From positions 33,296,001-33,360,000 of the forward strand of contig NC_086097.1 in NCBI RefSeq assembly GCF_963921235.1: a DNA stretch of 64,000 bases, given 5' to 3'. Below, one piece after another: positions 50,006 to 62,834 of this stretch (its first letter is position 1; the number at the start of each line of letters is the position of its first letter). The notes under the pieces were generated by a model. It was not told where the DNA came from, searched no databases, and was given only the letters and a program-made list of their open reading frames with translations. The stretch comes from Mobula hypostoma. Its lineage: Eukaryota. The position numbers were made by a program, and so were the translations under genes.

Positions 50006-51454
50006 AACTGCAATGTATTTCTGTATGCTCCTCTGTATTCTCGAATCCAAGAGATTGCCCAGGGAAAATCCAAGCTCTTCCCAGGTGCAATAGCCTATAC
50101 AGTGTTGGGGTTAACGTGTTTGACCTCAGTACCTCTGGGCAGTGGCAATGGAAACTCTCAGCCACTCTCACTGCAAGAGCTCTCCGTATATCTGCGATGC
50201 TGCGTTATTGCCAGCAGCAGACATCGCATACGGGTGATCTGGCTTGGGTTAGTGGTTGCAGGTGCGATGCCAGTTGGAATTCATTAACTGCGTTTATACA
50301 ACAGTGTTCCCCTTTGGCCTGCACAGTTTTATTATTAAATAACCCACAGGATTGCTTTTCCTTAACTGAGTTAAAGTATTACACCAATATTACGTTGGGT
50401 ACAGGCCAGGAGAGTGTGTGTGGAGGCATTCCTGGAAACTCCACTGGAAATTAGTGGGGGAGGGGCGGGAGGAAGCCTGTTTCCTATCGACTGCCTCTTG
50501 CAAAGAGTCAGGTTCGCTTCAGCATCAAGTAACTCCACTTGTCCAATCACTGTACGGGGTAGAATGTGTGTATCAAATTTAACATTCTGTAGGATGTGGG
50601 TCTTGATGCCCAAGAGGCTGCTTGTGTTGTTTTGTTAAAGATTGTGGGTATGTCATGTTTGTGCTGGAATGTGTGATGACACTTGTGGGCTGCCCCCAGC
50701 ACATCCTTGGATGTGTTGGTTGTTTCAGCAAATGATGCATTTAACTGTATATTTCAATGTTGGTATCATACTGTACATAAAATGATTAACTGAATCTGAA
50801 TCTGAGTCCTAGTTTCTCCTGGAGAAGGAAATGTTGAACTATGGAGTTTGCGCTTTGAAAGGTCCTGTGCTACAACATGTTTCTGAACTTGGTCCCAGGA
50901 ATGATAAATGATTTTCCTAGCGTCACTTTATGCACAATCAGTCTATGTATATAAGCTAATCTTATGTATTTATATTTATTGTGTTTTTACTGTGTTTTTT
51001 ATGCTTATTGTGTTTTTTTATACTGCATCAGATCCGGAGTAAAATCATTTTGCTCTCCTTTGCACTTAGGTACTGAACAATGACAATTCTTCAGTACACA
51101 AGTATAAAGGAGAGTCAAATGATTATTGAAGTCAGGACAACATGTGGCTTGGGAGGGAACTTGAAGGTAGTGATGCTTCCAGGAGATTTTTTTTCCTGGT
51201 CCTCCTCTGTGGCAGAGATTACTAGGAAGCGTGGCTGCCCAGCGGTTCAAGGTGGCACAGGGTGCAGCCACTTTGTACTGACGCCATAGAGCTGCCAAAC
51301 ACAATTCCTTGTTCTGTTTGGTTGTGGGAAACTGGGTCAGAACACACTTTTTTAGGCTTAAATAAAAGCAATTACAAAGCTACAAAGGCAGAGTTAACAG
51401 AGCTGAACTGAGAATATATAGTAAAACATGAGGCAGTAGATAAATGAACTGAAA

Positions 51455-52045
51455 AATGGTAGATTAAATGGTGTTAAATGGTGTTGCACTTCAGCAGGAA
51501 AAACCACGGTTGGACACTGAGAAGTGCCTTAGAACAGAGGGATCTGGGAATCTCGCCCCATAATTCCTTGAAAGTGGCATCAAAGGTAGATCAGGTCATA
51601 AAGAGGCCTTTGCGCACATGTAGCATAGATTAGCACTTTCTTCCCTGAAGCACAGAAAAATGAGGGGAGATTTGATAGATGCATACAAAAATATGAGGGA
51701 TATAGATAGGGTAAATGCAAGCAGGTGTTTTCCACTGTGGTTGGGTGAGACCAGAACTACAGGTTATAGCTTAAGGGTGAAAGGTGAAATATTTAAGGGG
51801 AATCCGAGGGGGAACTTCTTCACTTGGAGGGTGATGAGAGTTGAGCGAGTGTGAGAATGAGGTTGCCAGCGGGAGTGGTGAATGCAGGTTTGATATCAGC
51901 ATTTAGGAGAAGTTTGGATAAGTACATATATTGGAGGTATGCAGGGCTATGGTCCGAGTGCCTATAGGACTAGACAGAATAACAGTCCAGCATGGACTAG
52001 ATGGGCCAAGTGGTCTCTTTCTGTGCTGTAATGCTCTATGATTCA
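51455..52045 (+). mobile_element. CR1 LINE 3' fragment
   Basis: ORF MRGDLIDAYKNMRDIDRVN...RGNFFTWRV. Confidence 0.8.
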
Positions 52046-52589
52046 ATAACCCGTGGCAAATCTTAAGGAAATCTTATAAAATAGTAAATCTTCAGAAATA
52101 GTTCATGGTTCTGCATGAGGATGATCTAACCAACTCCTAACCTCACACGCATCTAAACTGAAATCCATTTGCCATTCCTTAGCCCATCTTCCTAACTTTG
52201 TAATTCATTCTAACCCGCCTCACTATCAACAAGGCCCCCTGATTTTATATCATCAGCAAATTTGCTAATCACACTTTGTACATTCACATTCAAATTGTTT
52301 ACATAAGTAATGAACTAGGCATCTTGACACTAACCCCTGAGACACACCACTAGTCATAGGCCTCCATCGCAACATGTCCTCCATAATTGTTATACCTTAA
52401 ACCCCGAACCCTAATTATAAACTTTCACCCTAAAAAAGACCAATTATTCCAACACTATCTTCAATATGATAATCAATTTTTAAACCATGTTAACGCATTT
52501 TCCTAAATGCTATAAACTCTTATCTTGTGCCCAGCCTTGTAAGAGCCTTTTGCAAATCCAAATACATTATCTACATCCTCAAAAAAATT

Positions 52590-53220
52590 AGTGGGTGGTT
52601 AAGAAGTTGTATGTGTGTTGGCATTCACTGGGGGATTGAGTTCAAGAGCGATGAGGTAATGCTACAGCTCTATAAAACCCTGGTTAAATCACATTTGGGG
52701 TATTGTGTTTAGATCTGGTCACCTCATTATCAGAAGGATGTGGTAGCTCTAGAGAGGGGACAGAGGAGATTTACCACAACGCTACCTGGATTAGAGAGCA
52801 TGCCTTATGAGGGTAGACTGAGCGAGCTAGGGCTTTGGAGTGAAGGAGGATGACAGCTGACTTGATAGAGATACATAAGATGATAAGAGGCATCAATAGA
52901 GTGGATAGCCAATACCGTTTTCCCTGGATTAAATGGGTTTTCCCTAGGTACTCTGGTTTCCTCCCACAGTGCAAAGGAGTGCTGGTTGGTCAGTCAATAG
53001 GTCATTGTAAGTTGTCCCATGATTCGGCTAGGGTTAAGTCAGGGGTTTCTGGGTGGCGCAGCTCGAAGGACTGGAAGGACCTATTTGGTGCAGTATCTCA
53101 ATAGATAGATAGATAGATGGACAGACAGACCCTTGCGGGGTTGTCGGGTTGCTGGGGTGGCGTGGCTTGAAGGGCCAGAAGGGACTACTACGCATTGTTT
53201 GCTAAATAAATAAATAAATA
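52590..53220 (+). mobile_element. CR1 fragment (52590-52930) followed by a partial V-SINE with a duplicated 3' tail and (GATA)n(GACA)n
   Basis: GIEFKSDEVMLQLYKTLV; then gggttttccctaggtactctggtttcctcccacag and two ...gaaggg..gaagg tails. Confidence 0.7.
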
Positions 53221-53389
53221 TCTGTGTGTGAAGTACATCTGGTCGTGGTGACTTACTCATCTTTAGTCCCACTAATGTTCCTAATACCCTCTCCCTCATG
53301 ATGGAAATTGTTGCAAGTTCTTCATGCTCTTGGGAAACATTTCCACCTTTGGGATATTTGCAGAGTTCCCCTCTCTGAACATTAACACT

Positions 53390-53918
53390 AACCTCCTGTA
53401 TCTAATAAAGTGGCCACTGCATGTAAGTTTTCTCCTGCTGTAGCCCATCCACATCAAGGTTCAATGTGTTGTGCGTTCAGAGATGCTCTCTGCACTGTTG
53501 TAACGCATGGTTATTTGAACTACTGTTGCCTTCCTGCCAACATGAATCAATCTGGACAATCTGGCCATTTTTCTCTGATCTCTTATTGACAACAGAACTG
53601 CCACTCACTGGATGTTTTTTGTTGTTTTGATTTTCGCACCATTCTCTGTAAACTCTAGACACTGGTGTGCATGAAAATCTCAGGAGATCAGTAGTTTCTA
53701 AGATAATCAAACCACCCCATTAGGTACCAATAATTATTCCACGGTCAAAGTCAATTAGATCACATTTCTTCCCCATTCTGATGTGAGCAACAACTGAACC
53801 TCTTGACCATGCCTGCATGCTTTTATTCACTGAGTTGTTGCCACATGATTGGTTGATTAGATATGTGCATTAATGAGCAGGTGTACAGGTGTACCTAATA
53901 AAGTGGCCAATGGGTGTA
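53390..53918 (-). mobile_element. Non-autonomous Tc1-like DNA transposon with an N-terminal transposase remnant
   Basis: ETTDLLRFSCTPVSRVYREWCE (HTH region); ctaataaagtggcca at about 53403 and about 53895; ends in TA. Confidence 0.75.
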
Positions 53919-55074
53919 ATTGTTGCAGCGTCACAAGCACATAGCATCAAATAAATAGCTTCAAAAGAAAAAAATATACATTTAACCTAAATTATACACA
54001 ATTTTAACAAGAAAGAACACAATTAGAACAATAAGATGTCCAAAGTGTAGTGATCACAGTGTTGTTAAAGTGTATTTAAAGCAAAGATCATTAATTCACT
54101 GGTCCTGTTCTCCAGCTGTTCCACCCTTATCCCAGCTGCCCATTTCCTCTTTATATATCCATAGTCTCACTGCTTGTTGTGATATTACTTGCCAGTACTT
54201 CCTTCTTTGGCATTTTAGATTCATACTCCTGTTTCCTGAAAAAGATTAATTCTTCTGGTCTGCGACTGGCCAGTTGCCACTTTGTATTGAAACAAGTATA
54301 TGGACAGGAAGTCACTGGCAGCCCCATGGGGATGTGCCCGGGGATGTTTAGCTAGATTACAGAGGTCCTGCATGATAAGTGATTTAGCAGCTTGGACCAT
54401 GACTTAGTGACTTATTGAGGTGTATTGGTCTCTGAGGTGAGGTATTGGAAGAAGATGTTGAGAGGGGCACCTAGATCTAGGGTATGTACTTTCAGAATTC
54501 AGAGTCACCCAGTTCACATGGATTAGGGTTTGAAGGAGCAAAAGGAGCAGTCAGCATAAATATTTAGGTGAGAGGCAGGAGGTAGTTAGATTGAACGTGA
54601 GTCAATCTATGGGGAGAGAATGGATCTGAGTCCAAGTCATGACCTCCTCTGTAGTTTTCCTCTTCCTACAATAGTGATGATCTCAAGACTGCGACCGGTC
54701 TGATTTTGAAATCAACATTGTGAAAGAGGCCCTTTGGCCCTACTGGTCCATGCCAACCAAAATTCTCATCTCAGCTGGTCCCAATTTCCCATCTTTCGCC
54801 CCTATCCGTCTAAACCTTTATAATCCATGTCCTGAACAATGTCTTTTAAAGGCAATTCCAACATTTAAGAGGCATTTGGATAGGTACATGGAGGGCAATG
54901 GTTTGTAGGGTTATGACCTGATGAAGGCAACTGGGATTAGCAGGGTGGATGCTGTGGTCAGCTTGGACCATTTGGACCAAAGGACATTTTTCTGTGTAGT
55001 TTTACTCTTGTGACTATAAGTGCTGTTGATGTACTCGCCTGAAGTATCTTTCTGTCCATCATGGCAAGTTTTTG

Positions 55075-56820
55075 TGTAGCTTTGACTGTGTAGCTGGGCT
55101 CAGGACAAACACCATCTATAAATTAGCTATTGTTGGCAGAATTTCAGATGACAAAAAGGAGGCCTACAGAAGTGAGTTAGATCAACTGGTTGAGTGGTGT
55201 CGCAACAACAAACTCACATTCACTGTTGACAAGACTAAAGAATTGATTATGGACTTCAGGAAGGGGAAGTCAGGAGAACACACATCTGAAACAAGAGAAA
55301 ATCTTCAGATGCTGGAAATCCAAACAACAGACACAAAATGCTGGAGGAACTCAGTGGCCCAGGTAGCATCTGTGGAAAATAGTACAGTCAGCGTTTTGGG
55401 CCAAGACTCTTTGGCAGAACACACATCAGTCCGCATTGAGAGATCAGCAGTGGAAGGGGTGAGCAGCTACAAGTTCCTGGGCATCAATATCTTAAGGGAT
55501 CTATCTTGGATCCAACACATTGATGCAATCATGAAGAAGGCACACCAGCAGCTCTACTTCCTTAGGAGTTTGAGGATATTTGATATGTTACTAAAGATTC
55601 TAACAAATTTCTATAGATGTACATTGGAGAGCATTGTGACTGGTTGCAGCACTATCTAGAATTGAGGCTCCCTTCCAGAGGATCATGTGGTTGCAGAGGA
55701 TTGTAGATTAAGTTCAATTGTTATTCAACCATACACATGTATACAGCTAAACGAAACATCATTCCTCTGGGACCAAGTATAAATCAAAGTACATACAGCA
55801 CAGAGCACGTATAGTTACGAAAGCACAAAATAATATTAGTACAAGTCCATGAGTGGCATGACATGAAGGTTGATGGTGCATGGGATGTTGTCTGGAGCCA
55901 CATTTTTTCAAGAACAAGCACGCAGCAGTTTCTCATCTCATGTTAGGTCAGCTGAAAATGAAGGTAATCAAGCAACAGACACAAAATGCTGGAGGAACTC
56001 AGCAGACTAGGCAGCATCTATGGAAAATAGTATGGTCGATGTTTCAGGCTTAGGCCCTCCTGGCTTGCTGAGCTCCTCCATCATTTTGTTTGTGTTGCTT
56101 GGATTTCCAGCATCTGCATTTTTTCTCTTGCTTATGAAGATAATCAATCCAGCTTGTCTTCTAGGGAGAAAACACTGGAGAGCTGTGCCGACAGGAGAGC
56201 CAGTCTGCAGGGGCCAGCCTCCAACCCAGCATGACTGCCGCGTCTCTACTCTCTCCCACACCACCTTCAGCACTTCCTCCCTCAGTTGACTGTAATGATG
56301 ATGATGCCACGGCATGAGGGCCTGGTCCGTGTAACAACCCGAGGCCACACAGCTTCCACGCTGTTGGTGCTGCCAATGAATCAATGAACTGGACTTACAG
56401 TATTTTATATTACCAATGGCCAGAGTCTTTCATTCAGAAGAAAAATATTTAAGACAAACTTTAAGCCAGTTCCTTTATGGGCAGAATGCTCCCTACCAAA
56501 GGACATCTTCAAGAAGCGGTAACTCAGAAGCTGGCATCCATAATTAAACTCCCTCACTGTCCAGGACATGCCCTCTTCTCATTACTACCATCAGGGAGGA
56601 GGCCTGAAGCACCAGAATCAATGATCCATGAACAGCTTCTTTCTTTCTGCCATCACATTTCTGAATGGTCCATGAACGCTACCTTGTTATTCATCTTTTG
56701 CACTATTTATTTATTTCTGTAACTTATAGTGATTTTTATGACTTGTACTGCACTGCTGCCACAAAACAGCAAATTTCACAACATATGTCAGTGATAATAA
56801 ACCCGATTCTGATTTTGATT
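55075..56820 (+). mobile_element. Rex1-clade LINE split by nested inserts (PLE end 55288-55415; unclassified element about 55705-56460 containing a fold-back PLE at 55970-56132)
   Basis: EAYRSELDQLVEWCRNNKL...KTKELIMDFRK, duplicated agaacacacatc around the PLE piece, ESIVTGC; resumes at HCPGHALFSLLPSGRR and the ctgatt tail. Confidence 0.75.
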
Positions 56821-57434
56821 TGTCTAAAGGATCAGCAGTTTGTGTTAAGTAATGCTCAGCGTGACTTTCTGTTTGTAATCTGCTTTCCTTCAGAGGCATC
56901 CCAGCTGGGTTTGATGGTATCAGTTAATGATCCATGCCCCTTATTTCAAACAACTGGGACATGTGTTGGTGAAGGCACTTAGCGGCAGCTGTAGAGACGC
57001 ATCACTCAATGCAAGCTTTTGTTTTAATTTGAGGATTACAGAAACCATGTGTGGCTGCCGCAGGGCCAGGGAGTAGTGTACATGTTCATGGTTAATGACA
57101 GCAACAGCATAACCTCACATGCCCTGGAGCCCAGCCAGGACCCTAGACAAGTGCTCACACTCTCTGTCCACTGGGCAGATAGCCTTATGTTCAGGAGGAG
57201 ATGAGCAACACATTTCACTGATCACAACGAAATGGCACCAAGTGCTTTGGCCATGACCACCTTTATGTATTGGAAGAGCCCAGAGGACACCTCCACCTCA
57301 CACCTCATGTTAACAAACAATAGGACAAAGAAAAGAAGTCAAGATCAAGTGTATTGTCAGGTTCACAAGTATGTGAATGCACAGTTGGAATGAAATATTT
57401 ACTGAGCAAAGGAACAAGGAAGAAGATAAAGCTA

Positions 57435-58410
57435 CTGTGCAGGTTGTTAGGGTGGTTAAGATAGTGTATGCTGTGTTGGCCTGTTTTGTCAGGGGATTGA
57501 GTTCAAGAGCTGTGAGGCAATTTTGCAGCTCTATAAAATTCGGGTTCATCCACACATGGAGTATTGTGTTCAGTTCTGCACGCCTCATTATAGGAGAGAT
57601 GTGGAAGTTTTAGAAAGGGTGCAGAGGAGATTTACCAGGATGCTGCCTGGATTATGAGGACAGGTTGAGCAAACTAGGGCTTTTCTCTTTGGAGTGAAAG
57701 AGGATAAGAGGTAACTTAACAGAGGTGTACAAGATGTTAAGAGACATATATAAGGTGGACAGCCAGAGACTTTTTCCCAAGGAGGAAATGGCTAATTCAA
57801 GGGGGCATAATTTTGAGGTGATTGGAAGAAAGTATAAGGGGAATGCCAGAGGTACTGTATGTTTTTTGCACAGAGGGTGGTGGGTGTGTAGAATGCTCTG
57901 CCAGGGGTGGTAGTGGAGGCAGAATCAGAATCAGAGTTAGGTCTATTATCACTAACATATGTCATGAAACTTCTTGTTTTGTGGCTATAGTACAGTGCAA
58001 TACATAAAAATACTTTAAATTACAAGAGGCCATGTCCTAAGGGATGGGGATCCTTAATGATGGATGCCATTCCTTGAAGCATCATCTTTGAAGTTGGTTA
58101 ATGGTGGGGAGGCTAGTGCCCATGATGGAGCTGGCTGAGTTTACAAACCCCTGCAGCGTTTCCCAATCCTGTGCAGTGACTCCTCCCTACCAGATGGTGC
58201 AACCAGTTATAATGCTCCCCACGGTACATTAGATACTTTAAGATGTTTAGGAGACTTCTAATAGGAGCATGGATAAAAGAAAACTGGAAGGCTATCTAGG
58301 ACGGAAGGGCTAGACTGATCTTAGATTAAGTTAAAGGGTTGGCACAACAATGTGGGCTGAATGGCCTGTACTATGCTGCACTGTTCTATGTCCTATGTCC
58401 TATGTCCTAA
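57435..58410 (+). mobile_element. CR1 3' fragment interrupted by a Rex1 3' fragment (about 57920-58228, -)
   Basis: LERVQRRFTRMLPGL and VYKMLRDI..VDSQRLFP; cagaatcagaatc tail at 57920; CR1 UTR resumes at about 58230. Confidence 0.75.
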
Positions 58411-58867
58411 GACATCATTTTGTTCATTTGGAATTGTGCTTGGATTTCTAAGCATTAGCAGTCTATGATTGACTTGCCATGCTTTTATTCAATTATATGA
58501 TTCAATAAAAATACATTCTTTCCTGGTCCCCCAGGGATCAGAATCTACATGACTACAGAGGCATTCCTGTTCAGAACAGTAAGCACTCTGGGTTCTTCTT
58601 GGCCCAATGCTCTCATAATTTTCCATTTGAAGGCAGTGATCTGGTGTTTGCTGGGGGACACACCTCCTCATGGAGTGCTGGGTTGTGGATCTAGATTTAA
58701 CAGAGCCCTTTCACTTGCTCGGTGCCTGTAAGGTCAGCCCTGCCTCCTCGCTGTCGAGGGAACAGAAACAGAAGAGAGGCAACGGTCCCTTTCTCAGCTC
58801 ATTGCCCTGTGGGATAGGACAGGTGGACCACCAGCCCCACTCAGATGACTGATTAACAGATTACCTG

Positions 58868-61372
58868 CACAACACACTACAGGAACTCAGCAGGTCGGGC
58901 AGCGTCCATGGAAACGAACAGTCAGCGTTTTGGGCCGGAACCCTTCATCAGGACTGAAGAGGGAGGGGGCAGAGGCCCTATAAAGAAGGTGGGGGGAGGG
59001 TGGGAAGGAGAAGGCTGGTAGGTTCCAGGTGAAAAACCAGTAAGGGGAAAGATAAAGGGGTGGGGGAGGGAAAGCAGGGAGGGGATAGGCAGGAAAGGTG
59101 AAGAAGGAATAGGGGAAAACAGAATGGGTAGTAGAAGGAGGCGGAACCAAGAGGGAGGTGATAGGCAGCTGGAGGAGGGGGCAGAGTGAAACTGGGATGG
59201 AGGAAGGGAGGGGGAAGGAATTACCGGAAGTTGGAGAATTTGATGCTCATGCCCAGGGGCTGGAGAATACCCAGATGGTATATGAGGTGTTTGGCCTCAT
59301 CATGGCAGTAAAGGAGGCCATGTATGGACATATCCGAATGGGAATGTGAAAGAGAGTTGAAGTGGGTGGCAACCGGGAGATCCTGTCTATTGTGGCAGAC
59401 AGAGCAGAGGTGCTCGATGAAGTGGCCCCCCCAAACTGCATCAGGTCTCACCGACATAGAGGAGGCCGCACCAGGAGCACCGGATGCAATAGGTGATCCC
59501 AACGGACTCACAAGTGAATTGTTGCCACACCTGGAAGGACTGTTTGGGGCCCTGAATGGTGGTGAGAGAGGAGGTGTAGGGACAGGTGTAGCACTTACCC
59601 TTGCAGGGATAAGTGCCGGGTGGGAGATCCGTGGGGAGGGATGTGTGGACGTGGAGGGACCGATCCCTGTGGAAAGCAGAGAGAGGTAGAGAGGGAAAGA
59701 TGTGCTTAGTGGTGGGGTCCTGTTGAAGGTGGCAGAAGTTGCGGAGGATAATGTGCTGGATCCGGAAGCTGGTGGGGTGGTAGGTGAGGACAAGGTGAAC
59801 TCTGTCCCTGTTGTGGTGACGGGAGGATGGGATGAGGGCCGAAGTGTGGGAAATGGAGGAGATGTGGGTGAGGGCATCATTGATGATGACAGAAGGGAAA
59901 CCATGATCCTTAAAGAAAGAGGACATTTGAGATGTCCTGGAATGGAAAGCCTCATCCTGGGAGCAGATGCAGCGGGGACAGAGGAACTGGGAATAGGGAA
60001 TAGCATTTTTGCATGTGGCAGGGCGGGAAGAGGTATAGTCGAGGCAGTTATGAGAGTTAGTGGGCTTATAGAAGATGTCAGTAGACAGTCTGTCTCCAGA
60101 GATGGAGACCGAGAGATCGAGAAAGGGGAGAGAAATGTCCAAGATGGACCAAGCGAATTTGAGGGCTGGGTGGAAGTTAGAAGCAAAGTCGATGAAATTG
60201 AGGAGCTCAGCATGGTTTGGAGCATAGATTATTCCACACAACCAACAAAGAGGCAGGCATAGCTGGGTCCCATGCGAGTTCCCATAGCTACACGCTTGGT
60301 CTGAAGAAAGTGGGAAGAGCCAAAAGAGAAGTTAATAAGTGTGAGTGCCAGTTCCACCAACTGGAGGAGGGTGGTGGTGGTGGGGAACTGGTGAGGTCTA
60401 TCATCCAGAAAGTAGCGGAGGGCTTTGAGGCTTTCTTGATGGGGAATGGAGGTGTATTGTATAAGGATTGGACATCCATAGTGAAAATGAAGCAGTCGGG
60501 ACCAGGGAACTGGAAGTTATTGAAGAGGTGGAGGGCATGGGATGTATCCCGGATGTAGATGGGGAGGGACTGAACTATGGGTGACAAAATGGAGTCCAGG
60601 TAGGCAGATACAAGTTCAGGGGGGCAGGAGCAGGCAGAAACTATGGGTCTATTGGGACAATCAGGCTTGTGGATCTTGGGGAGAAGGTAAAACCGAGCAG
60701 TGCGGAGTGTGGGAATTATGAGTTTTATGGCTGAGGATGGAAGGTCTCTGGTGTTGATAAGGATGGTGATGGTATGGGAGACAACGGTTTGATATTTTTT
60801 GGAGGGATCCTGTTCCAGGGGTAAGTAAGAGGCGGTGTCAGAGAGCTGCCGTTTGGCCTCAGTGAGGTAGAGGTCCGTCCGCCAGACTACTACAGCACCA
60901 CCTTTGTCTGCGGGTTTGATGGTGAGGTTGGAATTAGTGTGGAGAGAGTGGAGGGCAGTGCGTTCAGAGGGAGTGAAGTTGGAACAGGAGAGAGGAGTGG
61001 TGAAGTTGGAGATGAAAAGATGAAAAGATCAAGTGCAGGTAGAAGGCCTGGGCGGGATGTCCAGGAGGAGGAGGAGGGTTAGAGACGGGAGAAGGGGTCA
61101 TCAGTAGGGAGAGGGGAATCCTTGCCTAAGAAGTAGGCTCGGAGACGTAGGCGACGGAAGAAGAGTTCAGCGTCGTGGCGGGCACGGAACTCTCTGAGGT
61201 GTGGACGGAGGGGGACAAAAGTGAGGCCCTTGCTCAGGACAGAACGTTCTGCCTCAGAGAGGGGAAGGTCAGAGGGGATGGTGAAGACACGGCGATGGCT
61301 GGGTCAGAGGAGGGTAAAGAGTGAGAGGTATCAGGAGGGAGGGGGGTTGGGGAGGATGAGGGATCAGAGGAA
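58868..61372 (-). mobile_element. Decayed Penelope-like retroelement (RT, GIY-YIG endonuclease, pLTR)
   Basis: YIRDTSHAL, FTMDVQSLY, GVAMGTRMGPSYA, LPFLDLSV, YKPTNSH..LDYTS, IPYSQFL, CYTC...ITYCIRCSWCGLLYVGET; degenerate hammerhead at 58919-58956. Confidence 0.92.
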
Positions 61373-61399
61373 TCTGCTGATTACTCCGCTGATTAAAAG

Positions 61400-61710
61400 A
61401 TTAATTAGATCAGCTTTATTTGTCACATACATTGAAGTATCAAAAACATATAGTGAAATGTGATGCTTGCATCAATGACTAACGTAGTCCAAGGATGTTC
61501 TGGGGTTAGCCACAAGTGTTGCCCCACTTTCGGTGCCAACATAGCATGCCCACAACTGACTAACCCTAACTGGAGCAGCCAGAAGAAACCCACGCAGTCA
61601 TGGTAAGAACATACAAACTCCTTACAGACAACAGTGAGAATCAAGCCTCTGTTGCTGATTGCTGATGCTGTAAAGGGATTACGGTAACTGTTACACTACC
61701 ATACTGCCCT
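61400..61710 (-). mobile_element. V-SINE/HE1-like SINE
   Basis: The minus strand reads tctgtaaggagtttgtatgttcttaccatgactgcgtgggtttcttctggctgctcc. Confidence 0.75.
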
Positions 61711-61842
61711 CAAACTGCAGTTTGAGTAGCTCATGCTGTTGGCATGAGGAGCTCCAGGGCTGAATGTGTGGCAGCCACCGCTAGACTGACTACTTGCCCC
61801 TTTAGAAAACCAAGTCTCTGTTCCAGGTTAGAACCCTGGCTC

Positions 61843-62163
61843 CCACACAGTAGTGTAACAATTAGCATAAAGCTTTACAGCACCAGCCTGGGACCAATTC
61901 CCACCACTATCTGTAAGGAGAGCATAGAATCTCCCTATGAACATAGGGATTTTCTCTAGGTGCTCTGGTTTCCTCCTACATTCCAAAGACAAACGGGTTA
62001 GGGTTATTCAGTTGTAGGTACACTATGTTGGTGCCGGAAGCATGGGCTGCCTATAGCACGCATGATTTACAAAGACATACGGGTTCATCATTGATCAAAT
62101 GACACATTTCACTGTATGTTTTGATGCTTTGATGTACATGTGACAAATAAAGATAATCTCTTT
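61843..62163 (+). mobile_element. V-SINE/HE1-like SINE
   Basis: ctgtaaggag...ggtgctctggtttcctcctacattccaaagac...tgacaaataaagataatct. Confidence 0.75.
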
Positions 62164-62834
62164 AGAAAGCAGTGGCCTTCTCGACCTTCCCTGCTGCCTC
62201 TCTCACTCTCTGGTACAGAACTGGAGTGCACCTTCCAATAAGTCTAGCCCCAGGTATTGGACAGCATTACCGATGGGGACAGAGTGGAAACAGGGAAAAT
62301 CTTGCAATGGAAAAAATTGAGTGCATTGTGGAGCTTGCCCTGTCATCATGGTGTGCCAGATTTCCCATTGTTCTTTCATCTTGGAGTGTGCGCTGATCAT
62401 CTTTCAACACATGGCTCTAGTCCATCTGGCACACGTATGTATGCACTCAGAGGGAGAATGTATTTTATTGTAGAAGATCTTTTTGAAGTGGATTGTATGT
62501 ATCAAAATGTTTTGCTTGGAGGTGAAAATCGAACAACTTTATGGTCTGCCCCAACTTCGAGCATGGACACAGTATTGTTATTTTGCTAGTTCACGGTTGG
62601 AGGAAGAGGGCAGCAGGAAGGTCAAAATTGTTAATCATTCAGTTCGAGCAGTGCTGCTTCATGGTGGGAGCTCTTGCTGTTCTCACTGAAGCAGTTTGTA
62701 ACTTGATACATGAAATTAAACAAAAATTCGCTATTTACCAGTATACCCCACAACATGAAAAGCCACATTCTCCTCTGTTTCCCTTACTTTCAGATCCCTA
62801 TAGTATCCCACTCTCCCCTCAAATCCCAAATCCA

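Noticed and set aside
56370..56420. Minus-strand ATTGG, TATAAAA and Inr-like spacing as a host promoter
   Set aside because: It lies inside an insert nested in a Rex1 LINE and is followed by no credible coding exon.
59221..60262. 334-aa and 186-aa ORFs as novel proteins
   Set aside because: They are alternative-frame and antisense readings of the Penelope RT/endonuclease region.
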